From Candidatus Levyibacteriota bacterium (GTDB lineage Bacteria > Patescibacteriota > Microgenomatia > Levybacterales > UBA12049): DNA of 64,000 nt. The stretch lies in contig CAWBPM010000003.1 of NCBI GenBank assembly GCA_963790825.1, positions 56,353-120,352 on the forward strand, read 5' to 3'. Positions 1 to 8,944 of this stretch are shown piece by piece. A model generated the notes under the pieces. The model worked only from the letters and a program-made list of their open reading frames with translations. It did no database searches and was not told where the DNA came from. Position 1 is the stretch's first letter. Each line of letters starts with the position of its first letter. The position numbers and the translations under genes were made by a program.

Positions 1-838
1 AAGCAGTTTCAGAAATAATAATCGGTTTTCCGGGTGCGAGGGAGAGAACATCGTTATATGTTTGTTGAAAAACAGAAGAGAATGATTGCCAAATATGTCC
101 TGATGTACCTCCCCAGTTATATCCGTCAATCCCAACCCAATCAACATAACTGCTACCGGGATAGAGTTCACTAATCGACGTCAGTCCACTTCCTTCAGTA
201 TTGATATCCCAAACCCAAGTAACATTCGTTGCTCCAACTGAAGTAAAAATATCATGGACATGTCGCCAGGTTGCCACGTATTTTCCCGCACTGTTCCCAT
301 TTGTCTGCTCACTCCAGGGATACCAGTTTCCATTCATCTCCCAGTCAAACCGAAGGAAAAACGGATGCCCCCAGTTCTTGGCGTCTGTTGCCCATTGCCG
401 AATATATGAATCAAAGTTGCCGTTTATGATATTTTGCAATTTATAGGCAGATTGATCGCCACTATAATTGGAAGATAAATCCGATTCCCAAGAAAAATGA
501 GGAATTTCTCCTCTGTTCCGGACAGTATCAAAGATTGAAGCAGGGAAGTTATTAGGACCACTGCTGGCATACCAGGGTTGACCATATTGGAGAATAGAAA
601 TTTTCTTTCCCGCATCCGCCTCAAATACGTCAATAACTGATGTACTCCACGGCGCGAAGCCATTGATGCCATCAATATCAGCAATTGTTGCTCCCCAATA
701 AATTTGACTGGTTCCGGCGGCTTGATTCCTATCGACCTGTCGTTGATGAATATACATGACGATAATCAATGTAACAATGAGGATAATGCATAAACTGATA
801 ATATTAATATAATTACGAAAAGATCTGAGTTTACTCAT
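1..838 (-). CDS. Glycoside hydrolase family 26-like (beta-mannanase type) with N-terminal signal anchor; the 3' part of the gene lies beyond the window start
   Basis: Hand translation of the minus strand from ATG at 838 gives MSKLRSFRNYINIISLCIILIVTLIIVMYIH, then ...PFFLRFDWEMNGNWYPW...YPGSSYVDWVGIDGYNW...IIISETA. The RF.WEMNG.W and YPG..YVD..G.DGYN blocks are characteristic of GH26. The ORF is missing from the supplied track because it runs off the window edge. Confidence 0.6.
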   Translation of the reverse strand, partial: MSKLRSFRNYINIISLCIILIVTLIIVMYIHQRQVDRNQAAGTSQIYWGATIADIDGINGFAPWSTSVIDVFEADAGKKISILQYGQPWYASSGPNNFPASIFDTVRNRGEIPHFSWESDLSSNYSGDQSAYKLQNIINGNFDSYIRQWATDAKNWGHPFFLRFDWEMNGNWYPWSEQTNGNSAGKYVATWRHVHDIFTSVGATNVTWVWDINTEGSGLTSISELYPGSSYVDWVGIDGYNWGGTSGHIWQSFSSVFQQTYNDVLSLAPGKPIIISETA

Positions 839-904
839 CTATCTTAGAATATAGTATTTTTTTTACTCTTGTCAATTAAAAGACAGGCAAGAACGTTAAA
901 AATT

Positions 905-1960
905 TTACTTTCCTCCCACTATTTTCCCGTAGACTCTGAGGGTTTCTTCTGCTGTTTTTTTCCAACTGAATTTCTCCGCTTGTTTTAGTCCCTTCTCTGA
1001 TAATTTTTTTTGTAATTCCGGAGTAAAATAAATTTCACCAATACCATTAGCTATACTCTCGCTATCATACGCATCCACATAATAGGCAGCTTCCTCTGCT
1101 ACCTCGGGAATTGATCCTTCCTGACTGGTAACAACCGGTACACCACATTGCATTGCCTCAAGAATAGGTAATCCAAATCCTTCATACAGAGATGGCATTG
1201 CAAAAACGGAAGCCATATTATAAAGTGTTACTAAATCAGACATTGGAACAAAACCCAAACGGATAATACGCTGATCGTTTTTTGCAATTTTTTGAACAGT
1301 TATTAAATCTTTATTCCACTCGTTGGTTTTATCAAAATTCTCATCTCCCAGTGTTTTTCCAACCATAACGAGTGTTAAGTTAATTTGCTGTATCGCTTCA
1401 ATAAGCCTGGGTAAATTTTTATTCCATGTCCCATCCCCCACATAAAGAACAAATTTCTCAGGAACACCATATTTGTTTCTCATTTTATCTGCTGTTTTTT
1501 CTGAAACTGTTATTTTTTTATATGCGACACCGGGCGCCAAATAAACAACGCTGATTTTATTGGGACCTACTCCAACGATTCGTTCAATATCATCTTTTGA
1601 AGAGAGAGAATCGGCAATAATATGATCCACACCGCGAAGTGCCATCATCTGTATCTGCCATTTCAGATTCCCTTTAAGCCCTCTTGGGAAATACTCGGGG
1701 AAAACCAGAGGTGTTAAGTCATGAACAGTTACGACGGTTTTATGTTGTTTTTTAAACGGTAGTGTCAGAAAAAACGGATCAAAATACGGATAATGAATTA
1801 TTTGCGTATCGGATGGTATTGTCTCGCCTTTTGTAAAAAAATAATAGGTATTATCGGGAAAATATGTACAAAATGCCTGGCGAAGTTCCGCAGTGTAAAA
1901 GCCGGTACCCCGGACTTTATGACCTGTCTGTGTTGGAGATATATCAAATGCGATTTTCAT
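905..1960 (-). CDS. Glycosyltransferase family 4 (GT-B, group 1)
   Basis: The C-terminal GFGLPILEAMQCGVPVV...EGSIPEV block is the canonical GT1/GT4 signature. The ORF is 351 aa with a TAA stop. Confidence 0.8.
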   Translation of the reverse strand: MKIAFDISPTQTGHKVRGTGFYTAELRQAFCTYFPDNTYYFFTKGETIPSDTQIIHYPYFDPFFLTLPFKKQHKTVVTVHDLTPLVFPEYFPRGLKGNLKWQIQMMALRGVDHIIADSLSSKDDIERIVGVGPNKISVVYLAPGVAYKKITVSEKTADKMRNKYGVPEKFVLYVGDGTWNKNLPRLIEAIQQINLTLVMVGKTLGDENFDKTNEWNKDLITVQKIAKNDQRIIRLGFVPMSDLVTLYNMASVFAMPSLYEGFGLPILEAMQCGVPVVTSQEGSIPEVAEEAAYYVDAYDSESIANGIGEIYFTPELQKKLSEKGLKQAEKFSWKKTAEETLRVYGKIVGGK

Positions 1961-1968
1961 TCTTTATA

Positions 1969-3558
1969 TATATTAGCATAAATAGTTTCCTACTTTTACC
2001 TCTTACGCGCTATTTATATCACCAATTGAAATATTTGCGTGTTTAAGTAAGGTTATAATTTCCGGATTATCAGTCTGAGTATATTTAGAGAAAACTTCCC
2101 CACTCACCGGATCTTTCAGAACAACCTCTTTGACAGAATCAAGCAAATCAATAACTTTCTGAAGCGATTTGCCTGTCGTATGCTCTACGTATCTTGTAAT
2201 CGCAAGGCCAGCAAATACGACTGCGATATGTGCCTCAATTTTCTCACGAACAGCATGAAAGATCGGTCTGGCTTTTAGATCCGATTTACTGATTCGAAAG
2301 CTTCTCTCAACCCGCCGTAAGGATGCGTATTTACTAATAATTTCCTTATCACTAAGCTTTTTCGCATTGGTTACGTAGCCTTTTAATCCTTCAAGTTGGG
2401 TAGCTTTCTTTATGTTTGCTTGATTTAGTTCCCATCTATCCTTTCCCGCTCTTTTTAAAAATTTATAATGTTTACTAATTGTTGCAGGATTTGCTAATAC
2501 AAGCTTTGCTCTTATTACTTGTTTATTCAGGACTGTCCGGTCTTTATTAGCCCGTTTGGTTGAATAACCAACGACTAAAATCCGTCCCTGCCCAAGGTTA
2601 AATCGGCGGGAACTACCATCTGTTCGCTCTGTGTCTCCTACCACTTGGTAGAATATGTTTTGAGAAAAATCACCAAGTTTTGTTCCGACAATAAATTTTA
2701 TTCCGGCGGTATCTAAATCATCCAGGTTTTTACTAGTTACCATTGCGCTATCTGCAACAAAGACAAAATCTTTCAGTTGATGATTATTAATAATATCCCG
2801 TATACAGGGAATCATTGTCTGTCCTTCAAATTTGTTTCCGGGAAATACTTTAACCTGGAGAGGAAATCCTTGCGTGGTAACTGCTAACGTAATTACAAGT
2901 TGCGGCCGGTTATTTTTCTTGTATTTAGAATATCTATACTTTCCAAGATCATCTTTATCAAATGCTTGGTAGTGAAGAGTTGTGACAGCAAAAAACAAAA
3001 CAGAAGTATTTTGTAAAAGCACTGTAGTTGCCGCCTTCCATACGCTTTGTTCTAATGCTTTTTGATACTGTAACCTATAAGCTTTCTCCATTTCTAGATA
3101 TAACATTGTTAAGGAATATTTGTGGTATAGCTTGGTTTCTAACCACTCACGGGTCTTAATTTTACTGACCGGGTGGACAATACGGGCGATTACCAAATCC
3201 CTAAAACAGGCATCGGTAAAACTATGAAAACCAAGAGATTCATAAAAATAGTTGAAGAAGCGAAAGGTAACCGAATCAAAAGCACCAACAGCCAGAAGAT
3301 GGGATAAAAAACGACTCATTTCCGATTGGGTGTATTTGCTATCAAAAAAAGAAATTTTGCCGGATTTAATTCTTACCTCATCAATATATTGCCTTGCAAG
3401 CTCTGTTAATTGCTGTACTTCCAAACTGTTTCTCGCTGTTCCCAGATGCTTTACCAACCGATTGTTGCTATTAACCTTTTTAACTACTTGAATTTGAATA
3501 TTACCATTCCTGCTTTTCAGCCTTCTGATAAACACGAAACTATTATATCAAATAAGAA
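1969..3558 (-). mobile_element. IS1634-like (IS4 superfamily) insertion sequence; ends approximate
   Basis: Contains an intact 510-aa DDE transposase. Candidate imperfect terminal inverted repeats are ataaatagtttcc (1979-1991) and gaaactattatat (3537-3549). The outer end lies only ~9 bp from the GT4 start codon. Confidence 0.45.
2003..3535 (-). CDS. IS4/IS1634-family DDE transposase (GTG start)
   Basis: The C-terminal LRRVERSFRISKSDLKARPIFHAVREKIEAHIAVVFAGLAI block matches the conserved IS4/IS1634 region (E..FR..K..L..RP..H....I.AH). The size fits IS1634-type transposases. Confidence 0.7.
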   Translation of the reverse strand: MFIRRLKSRNGNIQIQVVKKVNSNNRLVKHLGTARNSLEVQQLTELARQYIDEVRIKSGKISFFDSKYTQSEMSRFLSHLLAVGAFDSVTFRFFNYFYESLGFHSFTDACFRDLVIARIVHPVSKIKTREWLETKLYHKYSLTMLYLEMEKAYRLQYQKALEQSVWKAATTVLLQNTSVLFFAVTTLHYQAFDKDDLGKYRYSKYKKNNRPQLVITLAVTTQGFPLQVKVFPGNKFEGQTMIPCIRDIINNHQLKDFVFVADSAMVTSKNLDDLDTAGIKFIVGTKLGDFSQNIFYQVVGDTERTDGSSRRFNLGQGRILVVGYSTKRANKDRTVLNKQVIRAKLVLANPATISKHYKFLKRAGKDRWELNQANIKKATQLEGLKGYVTNAKKLSDKEIISKYASLRRVERSFRISKSDLKARPIFHAVREKIEAHIAVVFAGLAITRYVEHTTGKSLQKVIDLLDSVKEVVLKDPVSGEVFSKYTQTDNPEIITLLKHANISIGDINSA

Positions 3559-3593
3559 GTCGTCTAGAACGTTTCCGAGTTCTAGAAACGATC

Positions 3594-4760
3594 GCACCCC
3601 CCTGTAAGGTTTAATTAGGTACAATTCACTTCCTGAGGTAAGAGAGGGGGTGAATTATGAAACACAAAAAGATAACGCAAACGGAACGGGAATTGTTAGG
3701 CCAGTGGAAGAAGGAAGGAGTAGCGAATAAAGAAATCGCCAGAAGACTGTCTCGTCCCGTCTTGACTATTCGTCGTGAGTTGAAAAGGAATAAAACCAAA
3801 GTTGCTGTTGGCAAAGAGTGGGAATGGATCTACGAACCAATCCATGCCCAGCATGTCGCGATGGAACGGAAACAAAATGCATGGTTGGCTAAAGAGCCGT
3901 TGAAAAACAAAAAAGTATACAAATACGTCATTGACCATCTTCGCGAGAGTTGGAGCCCTGAACAAATATCAGGAAGGCTCAAACATGAAGATCATCCGGA
4001 TGATAAGTCGTGGCATATCTGTATGGAAACCATATACGCTTTTATCTACAAAGAAAAAACTGATATAACAAAACAAGGAATTAAACAACAAAGCATATTT
4101 AATAAACATCTGGCTGGAAAAGACAGAACGGTGGTAACAGTAACGGACTTTGACCGACCATTATACGAGTATTTGAGGCGGAAACAGACAAGACGACGGA
4201 AAAGAAACGGCAGGAAAGTTCATAGGTCACATATACCTGATCGCGTCAGTATTCATAAAAGGCCATTGATTGTCGCCAGACGAAAACAATTTGGTCACTG
4301 GGAAGGAGACAGTATTGTTGGAGATAAACACGCCTCAGGGTTACATACAGAATATGAACGGGTTTCAAGCCTTACCCGATTTGAGCGGATGGTTCGGATA
4401 ACAGCGGCAGATACAGTTATTGCCGGTAAGAAAATATTTAGTCCCTTCCCTGAAAAAGCAAGGCGATCAACAACGCTTGATAACGGACCGGAAAACCATG
4501 GACATACAGAGCTTAAGAAAGACCTATCCATGCAGACATATTTTGCAGATCCATATTCCTCCTGGCAACGAGGAGGAAATGAGAATGCAAATCTTTGGAT
4601 CAGATACTACTTTCCAAAAGGGACTGATTTTAGTACAATCTCAGATGAAGAATTAAAAGACGTTCAGGATGAAATAAACAACCGTCCCAGAAAACGTCTT
4701 AAATTCAGAACGCCTCAGGAAGTATTTTCTGAGTACCTCAATAAACCCTAAAGGGGTGCA
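3594..4760 (+). mobile_element. IS30-family insertion sequence
   Basis: Imperfect ~24-bp terminal inverted repeats: gcacccccctgtaaggttta (3594-) and its counterpart ataaaccctaaaggggtgc (-4760). The transposase stop codon lies inside the right IR, as is typical for IS30. The length of ~1.17 kb fits the family. Confidence 0.55.
3657..4751 (+). CDS. IS30-family transposase (N-terminal HTH plus DDE domain)
   Basis: Carries the GHWEGDSIVG motif, the TLDNGPENHGH motif and the RGGNENANLWIRYYFPKGTDF block that ends with the catalytic Glu region. The ORF is 364 aa. Confidence 0.85.
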   Translation: MKHKKITQTERELLGQWKKEGVANKEIARRLSRPVLTIRRELKRNKTKVAVGKEWEWIYEPIHAQHVAMERKQNAWLAKEPLKNKKVYKYVIDHLRESWSPEQISGRLKHEDHPDDKSWHICMETIYAFIYKEKTDITKQGIKQQSIFNKHLAGKDRTVVTVTDFDRPLYEYLRRKQTRRRKRNGRKVHRSHIPDRVSIHKRPLIVARRKQFGHWEGDSIVGDKHASGLHTEYERVSSLTRFERMVRITAADTVIAGKKIFSPFPEKARRSTTLDNGPENHGHTELKKDLSMQTYFADPYSSWQRGGNENANLWIRYYFPKGTDFSTISDEELKDVQDEINNRPRKRLKFRTPQEVFSEYLNKP

Positions 4761-4827
4761 TTAGTTCCTAGAATACGGGGTTAAAACTAAACAATATTAC
4801 GACACAGAGGACGGTGCAAGCTGGAAA

Positions 4828-6465
4828 TTATTTGTTTTCATAAATATTCCAAATTGTACGCAGCGCTTCTCCTCTGTCAAGTACTTTTACAGAAGGAGGA
4901 TTGGAATAATGACATTTACTGTCAAGTGAGATATAGAGAGTGTGTTTTGCTAAGAAATATCTGGTATCGCCTTTTCCATTATGTAAGCAATCCTGCATCA
5001 TAGCTATGTTATCAATTTTCATGGGATTTTGCTTCCAAATTTTTTGAACTATAGCCGGATCGGTTTGACTAAACATCCCATACTGCAGTAAAAAATCTCT
5101 GTTTGAAGAATCAACGATATAAATATTGGCATAAAGTTTTTTATTGTCGTTTATCACTTTTACTATATCACGATTACTTGCTCCCCAGGTTTCCGCACCA
5201 TAAACACTCCATCTACAGTAATATTGATAAAGGTATTCGCAAATTAAAAAGGAATAAAAAATAATAAAGATTGATAATAAAATAATTTTATAGCCTTTGC
5301 TCATTCCCCATATTTTTTTGATCAGCCAGTAAATACCTATAGAAATAATAATTATAAGCACAGGAAGCAGCATAAAATCTCTAATTACAAAATTCGCATC
5401 TGTGGTGAATGCTGATGGCATTGGACTTATTAACAATAAGGCTAGCAAGAAATTCCGGTTAAATTTATTCCTCGAAAGCAAAAGTTGATAAATACCAATT
5501 AGCAGTAAGGGTAGCTCGATTATGTATAATTCTCCCCTATTATATATGTTCTGTATCTGAGATGCGTTCCCAACCTCCCCGTATAAAAACAAAAAGTTTG
5601 TTGAGAAAACCTCAAGGTAATGTTCCCTTATTACTCTGAGATAGTATAATGGTTTATTACTAAGCACACTTCTGATTATCCAAGGCGCAGTATTCTTATC
5701 TCTTTCCCAATTTACAGTACTGGTAGACTGTAAGTGGCCAAAAAGACTGACATCTGTTTGTCTGGTTACATTTTCAAATTTTACTACTAGCAAAAATGAG
5801 ATGACTGTCAGAAATGCTACAGAAATAAAAATAAATAGCTGCTTCTTTCTTACCAACAAATCTTTTCGAAACAGAAAGAGCAATATTGGTATCAGGAATA
5901 TAAAATATACCTTTGTTGCATGGTAACTATAAAACCCTAATAGAAAAGGGATAAGAGACCAGAGATACTTATTGTTTTTACTATTTACTATAAAGATATA
6001 AATTGCCAAGAGGTAGAAAAATGATGCGAAATTGACGTCCCATAACCCCCTTTGCAGTTGTAATGCCCAAGGAGAAACAGCAAATAGCAGAGCACTTATT
6101 ATACTTACCCATTTATTTTTAAACAGATAATCAGTTAATAAAAATAGCACTATTACAGAGCCAAAACCAAGTAAGGCCGAAGGTAGTCTGCCAGTGAAAA
6201 GATTTATACCCATCATTCCAACAAACGGAGAGGTTAAATATACCGGTACCGGAGATTCGGATGAATGAGCATTAAAAGAAAGTGGGAGAGTGTTTCCTTC
6301 AATACTTTTTCCCGTATGCCAAATACTATATGCATTGTAAATATAAAACGTTTCATCATCGGGAGAACCGAACGGAATATTTCCCAACTGGTATAACCTC
6401 AGAAAAAAAGCTATGAGGAAAACCAGGATTAAGATAGATTCCCAATGTAATAATTTTTTCAGAAT
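4828..6465 (-). CDS. PMT/ArnT-like GT-C glycosyltransferase (GT39/PMT_2 type); probably initiates at a non-canonical ATT codon
   Basis: The track ORF starts at TTG 6387 (MGNIPFGSPDDE). The in-frame upstream stretch ILKKLLHWESILILVFLIAFFLRLYQL encodes TM1 and the conserved FLRLYxLGNIP motif seen in all paralogs. The next upstream in-frame triplet is TAA. A strong Shine-Dalgarno AAAGGAGGAA lies 9 nt before ATT (6463-6465). Confidence 0.6.
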   Translation of the reverse strand: MLKKLLHWESILILVFLIAFFLRLYQLGNIPFGSPDDETFYIYNAYSIWHTGKSIEGNTLPLSFNAHSSESPVPVYLTSPFVGMMGINLFTGRLPSALLGFGSVIVLFLLTDYLFKNKWVSIISALLFAVSPWALQLQRGLWDVNFASFFYLLAIYIFIVNSKNNKYLWSLIPFLLGFYSYHATKVYFIFLIPILLFLFRKDLLVRKKQLFIFISVAFLTVISFLLVVKFENVTRQTDVSLFGHLQSTSTVNWERDKNTAPWIIRSVLSNKPLYYLRVIREHYLEVFSTNFLFLYGEVGNASQIQNIYNRGELYIIELPLLLIGIYQLLLSRNKFNRNFLLALLLISPMPSAFTTDANFVIRDFMLLPVLIIIISIGIYWLIKKIWGMSKGYKIILLSIFIIFYSFLICEYLYQYYCRWSVYGAETWGASNRDIVKVINDNKKLYANIYIVDSSNRDFLLQYGMFSQTDPAIVQKIWKQNPMKIDNIAMMQDCLHNGKGDTRYFLAKHTLYISLDSKCHYSNPPSVKVLDRGEALRTIWNIYENK

Positions 6466-6555
6466 TTATTAATTCCTCCTTTCATGGGAATCAAAAACCT
6501 GTATCTCTTAGGTATACATTTACATTCTACGACAATCAACAGTAACTCTACAATA

Positions 6556-7419
6556 TTACTTTTTCTTCTGTAATTTTATATATGCCCTCGGAAAACGAAG
6601 TGCTGAGAAAAAAGAGAAGATAATTCCCCGGTATCCATCCAATATGCCTTTATGCCGAATTTGAGTTGAAAGAAACCAACCTACCGGCTTTATTAGCAAA
6701 TAATCTAACGCATTGAGTGGATTTCTACCTATTTTTTCCTGTTGCAAATCTTTTGCGAGTAAATCAATATAGCGGTTATTTCTGGTTAAATACCTTTTAA
6801 ATGTCGGTGAGTCTTTGTGCAGTAGTGGATTTTGCAGCCAGCCCACTCTTCCATTCACTACCATTTGCTCATGGACATTTTTTGCCGGTAAATATGCTTT
6901 TCCTTTTCTTATCAAGCGAATAACACCATCCGGATAAACACCTCCAAAACGTAAATATCTTCCCAGGAAAAAATTCAGCCGGGGAATAAAAAAAGCGACA
7001 AATGGTCCATTTTTTGTACCGATCTCTCCGTCTCGTCTCTCAAGTAATTTTTGATGTCTAAGAAATAATTTTTTGTCGGGTAAATTCTTTTGATATTCTT
7101 CAATTTCCAATTCGCTGAGAGAAAGAATTTTTTCGATTTCGTGTGTAAGTTCTTTTGTCACCCGCTCATCGGCATCGAGCTGCAAAATCCAATCCTTTGT
7201 AGCCATATCTATCGCTTTTTGTTTATTGATATGGAAAATTGAAGGATTGTCGGTAACAAGTATCTTTGCATGAAATTTTTTCGCAATTTCGACAGTCTTA
7301 TCTGTTGAAGAACCATCGACAACGACAATCTCAGATACGATATCCTTTACGGAGTTTAAACAATCTGCTATATTTTCTTCCTCATTAAATGTCGCAAGTG
7401 CCACTGTTAAAGCTGCCAT
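6556..7419 (-). CDS. Glycosyltransferase family 2
   Basis: The N-terminus reads ATFNEEENI...VVVDGSSTDKT...QLDADE, giving GT-A DxD-type motifs. Confidence 0.8.
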   Translation of the reverse strand: MAALTVALATFNEEENIADCLNSVKDIVSEIVVVDGSSTDKTVEIAKKFHAKILVTDNPSIFHINKQKAIDMATKDWILQLDADERVTKELTHEIEKILSLSELEIEEYQKNLPDKKLFLRHQKLLERRDGEIGTKNGPFVAFFIPRLNFFLGRYLRFGGVYPDGVIRLIRKGKAYLPAKNVHEQMVVNGRVGWLQNPLLHKDSPTFKRYLTRNNRYIDLLAKDLQQEKIGRNPLNALDYLLIKPVGWFLSTQIRHKGILDGYRGIIFSFFSALRFPRAYIKLQKKK

Positions 7420-7461
7420 AACTCTTCTTCAGTATAGCCAATCCGAACTGGACAAACAAGC

Positions 7462-8940
7462 TTAGCGTTCCCTTTCTTGAATAGTAATACCACTTTTCAG
7501 TTTCCACTCTTGCCTGATTACTCCATCATGTTCACGGAGTTTGATCCAGTCTAGAAGAAGTGTTGGGTGTTCTGTATCAGGTTCAATAATGACAAAGAGT
7601 AGTTTTTCTTTTTTTATCGAAGGAGCGTAATGGTAAACCCTTGGTCCATACCAGGAAAAAAGATATTGATAAGGATAATCATAAATTGGTGGGGTGTAAA
7701 CAATCTCGTTAAACGGCTGGCCGTGAGCTTTTTGATAGACTAAATCTAAAACCGCTAATTGATTGCGGTATACGGATGCGTCGCCGATATAAAGAGGTTG
7801 CTGATAACTTTTTATAAGTTGTATCGGCTGAAGATTTATCAATGAGAGGATAAAAAGAGAGATAACAAATAATATATTGCCAAAACGGAGATGTTTTCTC
7901 GTTTGATTAAGAATAATCCCCAGTGCCAGAATATAAAACATTGGCAGACCGATTAGATAATGTGACCAAATATCGTGTTTAAAAAAGGAAATACCGATTA
8001 TAAAAATAGCAATCGTAATCAAGGATAAAAAGAGTAGCTGTTGTTCTTTTCCCCTTACTTTTCTGGCAAAAATAATCAGTAGCGCAAATAAAATAATAAG
8101 TAAAACAATACCTGCTAAATGGGATGGTCCTGCCAGTGCATCGGAAAACTGGTTGAAGAAAATAGCATCTTTAACAAAAAGCGGCGAAGATGAGCTGCCG
8201 GAGGTATTCCCTATTTGTGCCAGCATATTAATAATTGCTTTTGTCATGAGAAATTGATGACGAAATTCAAATAGTATTCGCGGTGAGAATATAAGAAGTA
8301 ACCCGGCAACAAAGAACACTACTTGTCTCGTAAAAACCTTTCTTCTGGCAACAATAGGCAGTCCAATACAATACGATACGAACAGTAATAGTCCAAAAAC
8401 GATTTCCGTATCAATGAGAAGTCCGGAAAGAACACCCAAGAAAAAAAACATTAATTTCCCGGGTTTTTCCAGAATCCGCAAAATAACAAGTAAAGACAAC
8501 GCAATATAAAAAGGAGCAACGTCTGGATTCCAGATTTGACTGCTTAAACCAATAAGTACCGGAGAAAAACTGACCAGCAAGGCAAGTGTAATTCCAAGAT
8601 AGGTGCCATCGGTTTTTTTACCGACATAATACATGAGAAGAATTGTTACTATACCCAGTAAAGCGATAAATGATGCCACAAATCTGGGATCTCCACCCGA
8701 CAGCACAAATGAAGGAACAAGTAAAAAATACCACCAAGGACCATAAAAAATACCCGGCATACCTGTCGTAAAGCCGATAAGTGGAATTTTATAATGGTAA
8801 ACGATTTGTTGAAGCGCCAGCATATCCCGTCCCACATCATACGTAAACGCGAAAGAGTTTGTTACTGTACCATTAATTCTAAGTAAGATGCCTATTAGCA
8901 AAATAATAAAAAGAATAATGGGTGGAAGTTTTCTTTTCAT
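7462..8940 (-). CDS. Polytopic membrane protein, GT-C-like (putative polyprenyl-phosphate-sugar dependent glycosyltransferase)
   Basis: Has more than 10 predicted TM helices, a conserved TYDVGRDM loop after TM1 and a soluble C-terminal domain. It is embedded in the glycosylation operon. Confidence 0.45.
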   Translation of the reverse strand: MKRKLPPIILFIILLIGILLRINGTVTNSFAFTYDVGRDMLALQQIVYHYKIPLIGFTTGMPGIFYGPWWYFLLVPSFVLSGGDPRFVASFIALLGIVTILLMYYVGKKTDGTYLGITLALLVSFSPVLIGLSSQIWNPDVAPFYIALSLLVILRILEKPGKLMFFFLGVLSGLLIDTEIVFGLLLFVSYCIGLPIVARRKVFTRQVVFFVAGLLLIFSPRILFEFRHQFLMTKAIINMLAQIGNTSGSSSSPLFVKDAIFFNQFSDALAGPSHLAGIVLLIILFALLIIFARKVRGKEQQLLFLSLITIAIFIIGISFFKHDIWSHYLIGLPMFYILALGIILNQTRKHLRFGNILFVISLFILSLINLQPIQLIKSYQQPLYIGDASVYRNQLAVLDLVYQKAHGQPFNEIVYTPPIYDYPYQYLFSWYGPRVYHYAPSIKKEKLLFVIIEPDTEHPTLLLDWIKLREHDGVIRQEWKLKSGITIQERER

Positions 8941-8944
8941 ATAC

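Noticed and set aside
424-684. Track ORF (86 aa, minus) inside the GH26-like gene
   Set aside because: It lies in a different frame from the strongly supported GH26 reading frame and has no recognisable features.
4750-6470. TGA-recoding (genetic code 25) as an explanation for the missing start of the PMT-like gene
   Set aside because: TGA is clearly used as a stop elsewhere, for example at 41654-41656 ending the MgtE-N/CBS gene with the next ATG overlapping. The upstream ATG at minus 6483-6485 is in a different frame and terminates after 8 codons.
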